IMG/VR virus record: IMGVR_UViG_3300032326_000853
Coordinates: 9,456-73,455 of that record
DNA: 64,000 nucleotides
DNA from: a virus
Reading direction: 5' to 3' (one strand)
Numbering within the stretch: the stretch's first letter is position 1; each line of letters opens with the position of its first letter. Positions 9,886 to 19,572 of this stretch are shown one piece after another. Under the pieces are notes generated by a model, which was not told where the DNA came from, did no database searches, and saw only the letters and a program-made list of their open reading frames with translations. Made by a program: the position numbers and the translations under genes.

Positions 9886-11472
9886 GCACAAATTATTATA
9901 TGCGCAGGTATTTCTTTTATAGCAACAATGCGACCCGTGGGTGCGTTTCAAATCGCAGCCGTACTCCGCAAACAAGGATACACTGTACAAGTTATTGACA
10001 ACTGGCCGCACATTGCTAAACGCGGCCCTGAAGTTGTAAAAAAAGTTCTTGATCACTTTACTACAAAAGATACACTATGGATAGGATTCAGTTCCACCTG
10101 GTTTAAAAAACTAGTTGATAGTGAAAAGGGACAACCTTACAGTCTAGCTGGCCAAGCCAGCAGTATGTATAAAAACGTAGACGATTTACTGACCAACACC
10201 TACATCTTTGATGATGCTGAACTAGCAGAGATAAAAGAATCAGTTAGATCTAAAAGTCCCAAGTGCCAATTTGTATTAGGTGGAGGCCGCGCCCCTCTTG
10301 GTAGATTGGTCAGACGACCTGGTTTCATTGACTGCTTTATCGAAGGCTTTGCTGATACCACAGCAGTAGAGTACACAAAATACATTGAGGGCAAGAATCC
10401 GTTTTTGCCCTATGTGAAAAATTCAGACGGCAGTATCAGTATTACACATGACCACAAAGCGTCAAGATTTGATTACAACAATGACAAATTTTCGTGGCAT
10501 GAAAATGATCTAGTGCGTCAGGGCGAAGCACTGCCAATGGAGATTGCACGTGGTTGTATCTTTAACTGTAATTTTTGTGCATATCCCTTAAACGGTCGTA
10601 AGAAGCTGGACTATCTTAAAGACCCTGCAATTATTCGAGCGCAGTTTGAAGAAAACTACGACAGATTCAAAACCACTCACTACTGGCTACTAGACGACAC
10701 ATTCAACGACAGTCCTGAGAAACTTCAAATTTTATATGATGAAGTATTTTCAAAGCTGTCATTTAAAATAAACTTCAATGCATTTATGCGCTTGGACCTT
10801 ATGGCAGCGCATCCGCACACAATTGATCTAATTGCCGCTAGCGGAGCAGGTGGTCTCAGCTTTGGTATTGAAACCTTAAACTACGAAGCAAATAAAAGTA
10901 TTGGTAAGGGTATCACTAAAGAAAAAATTATTGATACACTACACAAGATCAACGCCAAGATGCCGGAAGGATCCTTGATCGATTCTCAATTCATTATTGG
11001 CTTACCTTACGAGACTCCGGACACTGCTAGGGAATGGATCACAGAAGTTACTTCACCTGAGTTCCCTTTAGGCAATGCAAAGATTCATTTGCTTTCAATG
11101 CACCCGTTCAAGGGCCTTGAAAATGTTTGGATCAGTAACTTTGAAAAGTATCCAGAAAAATATGGATACACTTTTCCTAATAAGAATTTCCCATTCTCGT
11201 GGGTCAACAACATGGGATTCTCTGTCAAGCAAGCATTTGACTTGCACACTGAAATGTATGATAAAATCATGTCAAAGGAAATGGATGCATGGTTATCGTA
11301 TGCTGGTTGGCTGAATTTGGGTCTTAGCGAAGAACAGGCCAGAGAGCTGGTTTCTATCAACAAGGCCCGAAGAACCGAAAGCAGTTTGGCGGCCAGCACA
11401 AATGCATTCCATATACACGAAGCTTTTATCGACAACTATATTAATCAATTGTTAAATCTTGATCCTCAATGA
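9886..11472 (+). CDS. B12-binding-domain radical SAM enzyme (paralog of 56501..57991)
   Basis: CxxxCxxC motif 'GCIFNCNFCAYP'. N-terminal region aligns with the paralog (..YTVQVIDNW.. vs ..YNTQVIDHL..). Start chosen at 'MAQIII' by alignment. The ORF track starts earlier, at 9829. Confidence 0.7.
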   Translation, partial: AQIIICAGISFIATMRPVGAFQIAAVLRKQGYTVQVIDNWPHIAKRGPEVVKKVLDHFTTKDTLWIGFSSTWFKKLVDSEKGQPYSLAGQASSMYKNVDDLLTNTYIFDDAELAEIKESVRSKSPKCQFVLGGGRAPLGRLVRRPGFIDCFIEGFADTTAVEYTKYIEGKNPFLPYVKNSDGSISITHDHKASRFDYNNDKFSWHENDLVRQGEALPMEIARGCIFNCNFCAYPLNGRKKLDYLKDPAIIRAQFEENYDRFKTTHYWLLDDTFNDSPEKLQILYDEVFSKLSFKINFNAFMRLDLMAAHPHTIDLIAASGAGGLSFGIETLNYEANKSIGKGITKEKIIDTLHKINAKMPEGSLIDSQFIIGLPYETPDTAREWITEVTSPEFPLGNAKIHLLSMHPFKGLENVWISNFEKYPEKYGYTFPNKNFPFSWVNNMGFSVKQAFDLHTEMYDKIMSKEMDAWLSYAGWLNLGLSEEQARELVSINKARRTESSLAASTNAFHIHEAFIDNYINQLLNLDPQ

Positions 11473-12200
11473 ATGTTTGTTTTGACTTAAACTGTATCAG
11501 CGTTAAATTAACATTACCTGCTGATACTGATTATAAGAATCAACTGTTGATACAAAATGGTTATTTCGGACTATCACAGCACGCCACCAACGATGCCATA
11601 ATCGAAGCAGCCGTTAAAAACTATACCCCAATACTGGAAAGGTCATTAAAATACTTTCCAGACTTGGGTGATGTTACAGTATTAGATATAGGCAGTGGTA
11701 ATTCTATTATAGACCTGGCACTTGCAAAAATCTATCCCAACACTAGATTTATCTTGCTTGACGGCAACGAATGGAATGACAATCCCAATTTGCACAGCAC
11801 ACAGTTTAGACCCTACAACCGTTGGAGTCATGTCAATGACTCTATTAGACTCAATCAATTAGATCCCAGTCGATTTAAATTTGTAGGCTTAGACTATGAT
11901 TTCGGAGATTCAGTGCAGTATGTACTAAGCTATGGTAGTTGCGGATTGCATTATCCAGTCAACACTTATATTAATCAAATTTATAGCGCATTAGATACAA
12001 ACGGAATAATGGCACTTGGACCAATACTCAACGTTGGTTCTCAACTTGAAATCATAAACACCTTGTTTGAACCAATGGAAATTTTAGAAATAAATGGGTT
12101 TGCCAGCAGAGAACGCAATCAAATGTCAATTTGGTCCAAGTATTTCCCCAAAGACTTTGCTGGTCCATTTGCACATGCTGGAGTTTGGCGTAAATTATGA
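11469..12200 (+). CDS. Class I SAM-dependent methyltransferase
   Basis: Motif I 'VLDIGSGNS'. Overlaps the upstream stop (ATGA). Confidence 0.55.
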   Translation: MNVCFDLNCISVKLTLPADTDYKNQLLIQNGYFGLSQHATNDAIIEAAVKNYTPILERSLKYFPDLGDVTVLDIGSGNSIIDLALAKIYPNTRFILLDGNEWNDNPNLHSTQFRPYNRWSHVNDSIRLNQLDPSRFKFVGLDYDFGDSVQYVLSYGSCGLHYPVNTYINQIYSALDTNGIMALGPILNVGSQLEIINTLFEPMEILEINGFASRERNQMSIWSKYFPKDFAGPFAHAGVWRKL

Positions 12201-12363
12201 AAAAGTATTGGAGACTTGTGGCCCTGGCCCTAGGTAAAAAATCTGGCGATTCGGACAAAGAAGCTGACCAAATCGCTTGCATTAGGCTAGCAATTGTGTT
12301 AACATACATTATTACAAACTGTTTCATTGTCGCTGGAGTGATCCGGCATTGGTAGGAGCCAAT

Positions 12364-13377
12364 ATGGGTCGAGTGGGTTTTTGTTGCAAGTGGATAAATG
12401 ATCCTAGTGAAGTAGCTGGCATGAAAGTCAGTGCTGTAGACCGAGATCTAAACGGACGCTCGACTACCATGCGCTGGCTACGTGAGCACAAGGCCGAAGC
12501 CGAACAGCGTCAGTGGGACATTATGAATCACAATGCTCGTGCGGCTCTGCTGTTAGTTGAGCGTGTTGGCACACTACCCGAACATCGTCGTATGGTACGC
12601 CTGGGTTCAGAAATGCTACAAGGCTACACACACGAAGACTGGATTCCGTTTTGGAAGCAACAGGACGTACAAGATCACTGTGCAAAGATCTTTACTCCTG
12701 TAGGTGAAGCCGCACGCCGTTTAGGTGTGCGTTTGAGTTTTCACCCTGGACAGTTTTGTGTACTGGCCAGTGCCAATGAAGGCATTGTAGAGCGCAGTAT
12801 TCTAGAATTTGAATACCATGCTGATCTGGCACGTTGGATGGGCTATGGTAAGAGCTTTCAAGACTTTAAGATCAATGTACACATTTCAGGACAACAAGGA
12901 CCCGAAGGTATTAGGCGAGCATACAATCGGTTGTCACCAGAGGCTCGCAATTGCATAACTATTGAAAATGAAGAAAACTCACACAACCTTGAAACTTGCC
13001 TTGAACTTGCGGACCTTGTTCCAATCGTTCTGGACGTCCATCACCACTGGATCAATTCGGGAGAGTATATCAATCCTGACGATGTACGTGTTCAACGGGT
13101 TATTGACAGTTGGCGTGGTGTCCGCCCTGCTATGCATTACAGTGTTTCTCGCGAAGATGTACTCGTTGATCATGCCCGAGATGCCAGACCAGATATGGCC
13201 AATCTTTTATCGCTAGGCTATAAAAAGCAAAAGCTACGAGCACATTCAGACTTTTACTGGAACACAGCAGTAAATGATTGGGTGGCCACATTTGCTGATA
13301 GCTTTGATATTCAGTGTGAAAGCAAGGGCAAGAATCTTGCCAGTGGTGAATTTGCAAAATTAGTGAGTGGCCACTAA
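12364..13377 (+). CDS. uvdE: UV damage endonuclease UvdE/UVDE family
   Basis: Block matches to Bacillus UvsE: RLSFHPGQF (RTSFHPNQF), INVHISGQQGPEG (INIHIGGAYGNKD), ITIENEE (LENDDKT), VLDVHHHW (VFDFHHFY), AMHYSVS (KVHLSSP). Confidence 0.7.
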   Translation: MGRVGFCCKWINDPSEVAGMKVSAVDRDLNGRSTTMRWLREHKAEAEQRQWDIMNHNARAALLLVERVGTLPEHRRMVRLGSEMLQGYTHEDWIPFWKQQDVQDHCAKIFTPVGEAARRLGVRLSFHPGQFCVLASANEGIVERSILEFEYHADLARWMGYGKSFQDFKINVHISGQQGPEGIRRAYNRLSPEARNCITIENEENSHNLETCLELADLVPIVLDVHHHWINSGEYINPDDVRVQRVIDSWRGVRPAMHYSVSREDVLVDHARDARPDMANLLSLGYKKQKLRAHSDFYWNTAVNDWVATFADSFDIQCESKGKNLASGEFAKLVSGH

Positions 13378-13413
13378 TCTCCTTTAAAACCGTTAAAACG
13401 GGTTACATTGATG

Positions 13414-13442
13414 TTGCACCGCAACATATATAGTGTTATACT
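13414..13442 (+). promoter_or_regulatory. Promoter TTGCAC-17-TATACT with flanking small hairpins
   Basis: ttgcac at 13414-19, tatact at 13437-42. Hairpins gaaacact/agtgtttc and atgttgc/gcaacat nearby. Precedes a strong RBS 'AAAGGAGAAATAAGCATG'. Confidence 0.45.
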
Positions 13443-13528
13443 AGTGAAAACACTGATAGTGTTTCTACTAGTGATAGTGCTCATTAGAGGCTATCAAAAA
13501 CTCGCTTAACATTAAAGGAGAAATAAGC

Positions 13529-13753
13529 ATGTTCACAGAAATCACAAAAACTTTCGAAGCAAACCAAAAACTGGCCAAGGAATTGACCGCACAGTTGACA
13601 ACCGCTTCAACAGAATTCACAAAAACAATCGTAGACGTTAACACACGTTTAGCAGAAACTTTCAAAACACAAGCCGCAGAAGCTTACAAGAACTTAGAAG
13701 CATTTAAAGTTCCTGGTTTTGATGCATACACTGCAAAGTCAAGCAAGAAGTAA
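13529..13753 (+). CDS. Small helical protein (phasin/histone-like composition), probably highly expressed
   Basis: Strong SD AAAGGAG. Ala/Lys/Glu/Thr-rich, 74 aa. Confidence 0.45.
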   Translation: MFTEITKTFEANQKLAKELTAQLTTASTEFTKTIVDVNTRLAETFKTQAAEAYKNLEAFKVPGFDAYTAKSSKK

Positions 13754-14035
13754 TATCATGTGGGCTAGAATCAAAAAATTCTTTGCCTCTATGACTCGCC
13801 AGTCCTCCATGGACTGGTGGGAAGAGCAATACCTAAACGCGGCACAAAATGTCGCTGATTTAGAGTATCGCCAAAGACAACTCTCACAAGGGTTTTCTAG
13901 ATCAAAGGGATATTAAAATGAAAACATTTTTAAATGCAGTATGGGAAGTTTTGACTGAAATTGGTCGTACCAGAGCTGCCATTGCGGCAGCACGAGCCGG
14001 GCAATTTGATATAGCCAAAGCATTAATGAAATAAT

Positions 14036-14584
14036 ATGTCGGCTGTTCGCAAGGTCTTAGTTAGCGAATATCCAAAGTACCGCAAACATTTAAAAGCACT
14101 TGACGCAGAAAGCAAGTATCTGCGTTTTGGGCACCCTATTAGGGACGAAATGATTGATCAATTGTGCGATCAATTTGAAGCAGATGCAGACAAGAACATT
14201 TTATTTTGCGTAGAAAATGACAATTTGGACTTTGTCGCAGTGGGTCACATTGCACTACAAGACGAGATGGAATTGGCTTTTAGTGTATTAAAAGCCTATC
14301 AAGGGCATGGACTGGGCAACCAGCTATTCCGACGTGTTATACAATGGTGCAGGACACACAACCGACTAAAAGGTAACATGGTTTGTTTAAGCACTAATAG
14401 CGTGGTCAAGCATCTTTGTACCAAGTATGGCATACGTATGAAAAACGATGGCGGCGAAACACTTGCTTCAATTGAACTAGATCATCCCGATATCGCTACT
14501 TACTTTACCGAAGCCACTGATAGTAATCTAGCTGTTATGGATTACTTAGGCAAGCGTTTTGTACATAAACTCAAACAACACTAA
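14036..14584 (+). CDS. GNAT-family N-acetyltransferase (putative)
   Basis: 'QGHGLGNQLFRRVIQW' resembles the GNAT motif A (Q/RxxGxG/A). Confidence 0.4.
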   Translation: MSAVRKVLVSEYPKYRKHLKALDAESKYLRFGHPIRDEMIDQLCDQFEADADKNILFCVENDNLDFVAVGHIALQDEMELAFSVLKAYQGHGLGNQLFRRVIQWCRTHNRLKGNMVCLSTNSVVKHLCTKYGIRMKNDGGETLASIELDHPDIATYFTEATDSNLAVMDYLGKRFVHKLKQH

Positions 14585-14619
14585 TCAAAGCCTTCGCTAA
14601 ATACAGTGAGGGCTTTTTC

Positions 14620-14814
14620 ATGAAGATTAGAGAATTAACAGAAGCATCGGGTTATATTGCCAGAAATGCCAAAGAAGCAAAAGATCCGCGCTGGAGTACA
14701 AGTTTAACAGTTGATGTTAAAACTGATACAATGCGTAAGCAATTGTCTGCGTTCTTTCCTACATCTGCACCCGAAGACGGCCAAACACAAATTAAAGAGA
14801 ACAGTTCAAAATGA
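14620..14814 (+). CDS. Small protein with N-terminal MKIRELTE motif
   Basis: RBS present. The N-terminal motif is shared with other proteins in the window. Confidence 0.4.
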   Translation: MKIRELTEASGYIARNAKEAKDPRWSTSLTVDVKTDTMRKQLSAFFPTSAPEDGQTQIKENSSK

Positions 14815-15212
14815 GCAAACAATTAAACGAAGGCTTGGGTAGCCTTAACGTAGAAGAACAATATGACGTTAGTCGTATTCAGCAGTTGGCAGGTATTGCC
14901 AATGCTTCAACTGTAGCAGGTACTCCTGTTGCTGAAGATATCAATGACGATATCAGCAATGAAGAAGCTCGTGAACTTGCTGGTCAATTAGAGACGCTAG
15001 TGCATGCCTTGGACAACGCCTTAGGCGATATTGAACATTTAATTCGTACCAAGCTGCCAAGAGAATATCGTTCATTAGAACACTACACATTAGCACATAT
15101 CAAGGCTGGCATTGGCGGCTATGGCTATGCTGAAAACCGTATGGCAAAATCCTTGCATGGTTTGGTAGAAGATTTAATTGACTACAGCGAAGGCGACGAA
15201 GATACATTATGA
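14811..15212 (+). CDS. Hypothetical acidic protein
   Basis: Overlapping ATGA start. Asp/Glu-rich. Confidence 0.4.
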   Translation: MSKQLNEGLGSLNVEEQYDVSRIQQLAGIANASTVAGTPVAEDINDDISNEEARELAGQLETLVHALDNALGDIEHLIRTKLPREYRSLEHYTLAHIKAGIGGYGYAENRMAKSLHGLVEDLIDYSEGDEDTL

Positions 15213-15496
15213 AACAGTACCGCGTCACTTCTGAAATGATCAACCCCAAGGGCAATGATCCAACAGTGCCTGATGCGTATATAGATCCTGATGAGCTGGC
15301 AAGGATCACGGCCCTGTCAGGTATTCCCAACCTGTGGTCAGCTAATGTTCCCGAATCCTCTAGCCCAGTTGATGGTTCAGTAGGCACTGAAAAAGGCAAG
15401 TATCAACGTGATAACAATATAACACCAGGATCAGCTGCCTGGTTTAGACTTTGGTTTAGTTTACCTTTCTTAACAGGAGAGAAGTCGCGTGAATAA
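15209..15496 (+). CDS. Hypothetical protein
   Basis: Overlapping start (ATGA). Confidence 0.35.
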   Translation: MKQYRVTSEMINPKGNDPTVPDAYIDPDELARITALSGIPNLWSANVPESSSPVDGSVGTEKGKYQRDNNITPGSAAWFRLWFSLPFLTGEKSRE

Positions 15497-15658
15497 ATGT
15501 AAGCCTGGTTGCCCTTGTGGCTGCGAGCTTGATGGCCGCGAATGTAGATGCCACGATGTTGAGCCCTTAAAAGAGCCGGAACCAAATCCCAATCAGTATC
15601 CAGTCTACCCCGAAGATGACGGGTATGATCTTCCTAGAAATCCCTACAGCCAAGTGTA
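15488..15658 (+). CDS. Small Cys-rich peptide (CKPGCPCGCELDGRECRCH), GTG start
   Basis: 56-codon ORF not in the ORF track. GGAGAG lies 7 nt upstream of the GTG. Eight Cys in the first 22 residues. Fills the gap to the next gene exactly. Confidence 0.3.
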
Positions 15659-15661
15659 AAA

Positions 15662-16300
15662 ATGCTCAAGCATTGCAACAGTCAATTTGACAAAAACGGT
15701 TATTGGTGCCAACCCATTGCAAAGCTAACATATTTGCCAACCTTAGAAGACGTTGAGCTGTTTGATCAAAATGGTTATGATTTGACCAGGATTGAACAAC
15801 ACTATGCCAGCAGTAACCAAACAGACTTTGCACATCATAGAAGCCACATTGTGGCACTCAAGAAGCCTTGGTTCAAACACCCAAATGATCCCATTGAAGG
15901 TGCTGTACTAAATCACAGTTTGTTATTTGAACGCAAGGGTTACTCAGGCGAAGCATTACGGCAACTCAGTTACTGGGCTCGCCAGCTTCCTTTGTTACAT
16001 AAAATTATAGCCATGCGTCCCAAATGGGGCTTGGACTTTAGCATGGACTATGTTGACCGCGATGGCAATGCATTTGAAGTCTTACACTGGGAGTGGGACA
16101 GTTTTGACTACGATGAGATCGACGCTGTTCGCAAAATTATAGAGCCTACACTGGGATCCATAGACTGGGATGATGCTGGTAAAGAAATCTTAAAACAAAA
16201 GGACAAATGGCACCACTTGGACTTTTTTGCACAAAGCAATTGGAAGTGCCAGTATTTTGGCATACCTAAAGAACGTTTCAAAATGGTAATTTGGAACTAA
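15662..16300 (+). CDS. Hypothetical protein
   Basis: 212-aa ORF. No recognisable motif. Confidence 0.4.
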   Translation: MLKHCNSQFDKNGYWCQPIAKLTYLPTLEDVELFDQNGYDLTRIEQHYASSNQTDFAHHRSHIVALKKPWFKHPNDPIEGAVLNHSLLFERKGYSGEALRQLSYWARQLPLLHKIIAMRPKWGLDFSMDYVDRDGNAFEVLHWEWDSFDYDEIDAVRKIIEPTLGSIDWDDAGKEILKQKDKWHHLDFFAQSNWKCQYFGIPKERFKMVIWN

Positions 16301-16382
16301 TGATCGTTTGGCAATATTGCCACCTCTAGACACAGCTAACTAATGCACTAGGCTTATTAGAGCCTTTAATTTAGAGGAAAAA

Positions 16383-17294
16383 ATGAAAAAACTCATTTCA
16401 ATCTTTCTTATGGCCTTGGCATTTGGTGCACAGGCTAAAGAAACAATCACTATCGTTTATGCATGGGGTCCAGGTGACTCTGTTGCCAACTACCATCGTA
16501 CTATTGCTAACGAAGCAAACAAGATCCAAGACAAGTACAACTTTATCTTTGATACCAAACCAGGTGCTGGTGGCGCGATTGCCGCTAACCATGTTTTAAA
16601 TACACCAGCAAACATTTTGGCACACAGCACAGCATTCTTTGTTCGTCCTGTTGTATTCCCAAATGAAAGCTATGACTTGACCAAGTACAAAGAGCAGTAT
16701 GTTCACTGTATGGCTCCTATGGCTGTGACATCTACCAAGTACAAGACTGTCAAAGACGTACCTGCCAACGCTTCTGTTGGTATTAGTGGATTGGGTGTTA
16801 CAACTCACTTGGCCGCTATTGAATTACAAAAGCGTTACCCACAGTTGAACATTGTCCCTTTTAAGTCAACAAACGATAGTATGTTGAGCATGGTATCTGG
16901 ACAGACTGATTTGCACATTGGCTTTATTTCAGAAGCCGAACAGTGGAGCAAAGAAAATGCCCGTGCAGAGCGTAAAGTCACTGTACTAGGTATTACAGGT
17001 AACAAAGTTGTTAATGGATATACACCATTGGTACGCCAGGGTTTTGATGCCAGTTTTGCTGACATGAACGTTGGCCATCATATGTTGTTGCCAGTCACAG
17101 TTGACGAAGCCAAGCGCAAAGAATTCCACGAAATCTTTGCTCGTGCAGCCAAGACCGATGCAGTACGTGCGGCCTATGCTGTTGACTATTGCGAGCCACA
17201 AACTATTGCTTATGATGGATTAGACAAGTTCTTTGCTTTCCACACAGCATACTGGAAGAAATTGGCTTCTGCTGTCAAGCTGGATACTAAATAA
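16383..17294 (+). CDS. Periplasmic solute-binding protein, Bug/TctC-like (tripartite tricarboxylate receptor family), with signal peptide
   Basis: Signal peptide MKKLISIFLMALAFGAQA. 'KPGAGGAIAANHV' matches TctC 'MPGGVGAVAYNAI'. About 300 aa. Paralog of the next gene. Confidence 0.45.
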   Translation: MKKLISIFLMALAFGAQAKETITIVYAWGPGDSVANYHRTIANEANKIQDKYNFIFDTKPGAGGAIAANHVLNTPANILAHSTAFFVRPVVFPNESYDLTKYKEQYVHCMAPMAVTSTKYKTVKDVPANASVGISGLGVTTHLAAIELQKRYPQLNIVPFKSTNDSMLSMVSGQTDLHIGFISEAEQWSKENARAERKVTVLGITGNKVVNGYTPLVRQGFDASFADMNVGHHMLLPVTVDEAKRKEFHEIFARAAKTDAVRAAYAVDYCEPQTIAYDGLDKFFAFHTAYWKKLASAVKLDTK

Positions 17295-17491
17295 TTTTAG
17301 TAAAGAACCCACCTTAGGGCCGTTTGTCGCTACGGAAAAAGGCGTCCGCGCAATTGAACTGCACCGCGTAGTGTGCGCCGTATAAAGTAAGCGGCACCTA
17401 CTAAACTACCACTAAAGTGCTATACTAACAAAAAGTATAGTTCATAAATTACTATGAGCAACATTAGTTGCAATTTTAAATTAGGTAATTT

Positions 17492-18412
17492 ATGAAGAAA
17501 ATTATTTCTATGTTGTTGCTTTTGGCTTGCATGTCAAGTGCATGGGCTAAAGAAACAATTACAGTAGTATATGCATTTACTGTAAGTGATACTATGGCAA
17601 ATTATAGCAGAACGCTAATTGAAGAAGCCAACAAAGCACAAGACAAATATGTTTTTGTATTAGAAGCAAAACCAGGCGCTGGTGGTAGTATTGCGTCCCG
17701 ACATGTTGCAAACACACCAAATACTATTTTAGCAACGTCTGGTGCGTTTTTTGTACGCCCAAACTTCTTTCCAAATGAAAGTCACAAATTAGAAGACTTT
17801 AGAGAGTTGTTGGTTCAAAGTTCTGCTCCAATGAGTGCTTCCAGTGTAAAGTACAAGTCGTGGAAAGAAATCCCAGCTGATGCCCCCATTAACATTGGTG
17901 TAAGCGGCCTTGGTGTTGTTAGTCACTTGTCTGCTGTGCAAATTAAAACCAAATTCCCAAATGCAACAATTGTTCCATTTAAATCAACCACAGACGCATT
18001 GTTATCTATGTTAGGCGGCAACTTAGACATTGCAATCGGCTTTATGGGCGAGCAAGAAAAATGGTCTGACCAAAAAACTCCAGATGGTAAGAGTGTGACA
18101 ATTTTAGGTATCACTGGTCCCAAGAGTGTTAACGGTCGCCCAACTTATGTAAGTGCTGGTTTCCCGCAAGTGTTTACTAAAATGAATAACCCTAATCATT
18201 TAGTTGTTCCCAAGACAATGCCAGAAGCACAGTTCAAAGAGTTGCGAGAGATCCTTTACAAAGCTTCTAAGGCTAAAACAGTGACACAATCATATGAAGT
18301 TGACTTTGGATCTGCAGCCGACGTATCAACTGCCAAATTGGACGCTTGGTATGCTGAACAAGCCGAACACTGGGCAAAAGTAAGTGAGGTAGCCAAGGCA
18401 CAAATGAAATAA
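17492..18412 (+). CDS. Second Bug/TctC-like solute-binding protein (tandem paralog)
   Basis: Signal peptide MKKIISMLLLLACMSSAWA. Shared 'KETIT(I/V)VYA', 'KPGAGG(A/S)IA..HV', 'VPFKST.D' with 16383..17294. Confidence 0.45.
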   Translation: MKKIISMLLLLACMSSAWAKETITVVYAFTVSDTMANYSRTLIEEANKAQDKYVFVLEAKPGAGGSIASRHVANTPNTILATSGAFFVRPNFFPNESHKLEDFRELLVQSSAPMSASSVKYKSWKEIPADAPINIGVSGLGVVSHLSAVQIKTKFPNATIVPFKSTTDALLSMLGGNLDIAIGFMGEQEKWSDQKTPDGKSVTILGITGPKSVNGRPTYVSAGFPQVFTKMNNPNHLVVPKTMPEAQFKELREILYKASKAKTVTQSYEVDFGSAADVSTAKLDAWYAEQAEHWAKVSEVAKAQMK

Positions 18413-18562
18413 AATGTGCCCCAATTATACCAGTGTTTTAAACAACATATAAACGGCTAAATATTGGGCAAACTACAGGGAGTTTCTCTGTAGTTAAGCT
18501 AAATATATACGAGCCGAATGCTCACAACTTAGCTGAATGCTAATAAAAAGGAAATTTTTGTC

Positions 18563-19507
18563 ATGACAACAAAATTAACTTGGGTTCTAGCCCACGAGCC
18601 GTACGATCTATTCTTACGTGCCGCTGAAAAATTCTCAAAAGAAGTCAGCGAAAAAACTAACGGTGCTTTCGAAATCGAAATTCTTGGTATCCAAGAATAT
18701 GCTGCCAAGTACAACGGTGGCGTAGCTATTGATAACCGTTTTGGTCTATTAGACCTATTGGAGAGCGGTGCTGTTCAAATGAGCCAAATGTACACAACTA
18801 CATTGGGTCAATTGAGCCAGGACATGTTCGTCCTAGACTTGCCTTTCTTGTTTGAAGGCCACGACCACGCTGAGCGTGTGTTAGACGGTGCAGTTGGTCA
18901 ACAACTATTCGCTAAACTAGCCGAAGAGTCAAATGTTAAGGGCTTGGCCTTTACATACTCTGGTGGTTTCCGTATCATCCCAGCAACAGAAGCAGTTGAG
19001 AACTTAGAGTCTCTACGTGGCATGCGTGTTCGCGTTCCAGCATCTCCAGTTGCCAAGGACACATTCGAAGCTATCGGTGCAGTTCCAGTTGAAATGGCTA
19101 TTGAAGATCTAGCTGGTGCTTTGGCTGCTAAGACAGTTGACGCTGGTGAATCTACATACCCACGTATCTATGGTATGCAACAAGCTCAACACGCTGCCAG
19201 CATCGCTCACAGCGAGCACAGCTTGTTCTTGACATCATTGATCATCAACAAGACATTGTGGAACAGTTTAGACACAGCTACTCAGCAAGTTTTTGCTGAC
19301 GCCGCTTTGGCTGCTGCTCGTATCGAGCGTCAAGAGTCTATCGAAGACATCGCATTGACACAAGCTCGTGCTGTTAACGAAGGTATCAACGTTGTTCACT
19401 TCTCCGCAGAAGACAAGGCAGCTTTCAAAGCCGCTACTGCTCCTTTGCATGTTAAGTACGATAGCGTATTCACTTCTGGCCTAATCGGTCAAATCAAATC
19501 TGCTTAA
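18563..19507 (+). CDS. TRAP-transporter DctP-like solute-binding protein lacking a signal peptide
   Basis: 'KLTWVLAHEPYDLFLRAAEKFSKEVSEKTNGAFEIEI' matches the DctP N-terminal consensus (..LAH..P......AAEKFAELV.EKTNG...I.V). Begins MTTKLTW with no hydrophobic leader. Confidence 0.5.
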   Translation: MTTKLTWVLAHEPYDLFLRAAEKFSKEVSEKTNGAFEIEILGIQEYAAKYNGGVAIDNRFGLLDLLESGAVQMSQMYTTTLGQLSQDMFVLDLPFLFEGHDHAERVLDGAVGQQLFAKLAEESNVKGLAFTYSGGFRIIPATEAVENLESLRGMRVRVPASPVAKDTFEAIGAVPVEMAIEDLAGALAAKTVDAGESTYPRIYGMQQAQHAASIAHSEHSLFLTSLIINKTLWNSLDTATQQVFADAALAAARIERQESIEDIALTQARAVNEGINVVHFSAEDKAAFKAATAPLHVKYDSVFTSGLIGQIKSA

Positions 19508-19523
19508 TTTTTAAGTAAGTTAA

Positions 19524-19552
19524 GGGTACAACTTCGGTTGTACCCTTTTTTC
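19524..19552 (+). terminator. Rho-independent terminator (GGGTACAAC-TTCG-GTTGTACCC-TTTTTT)
   Basis: Perfect 9-bp stem, 4-nt loop, T6 tail directly after the stop at 19507. Confidence 0.8.
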
Positions 19553-19572
19553 TTGGCCGCTTAAATAGGCGT

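Noticed and set aside
12962-13357. Several 60-85-aa ORFs on both strands inside the UvdE gene
   Set aside because: Nested within a motif-supported CDS. No RBS.
17300-17490. GC-rich structured segment (ggcgtccgcgcaattgaactgcaccgcgtagtgtgcgccg) checked as a possible tRNA/ncRNA
   Set aside because: No tRNA-like cloverleaf signatures (no GTTC/T-loop or anticodon-arm arrangement) were recognisable by eye. It may be a terminator or attenuator between the two SBP genes, but I cannot support an RNA gene call.
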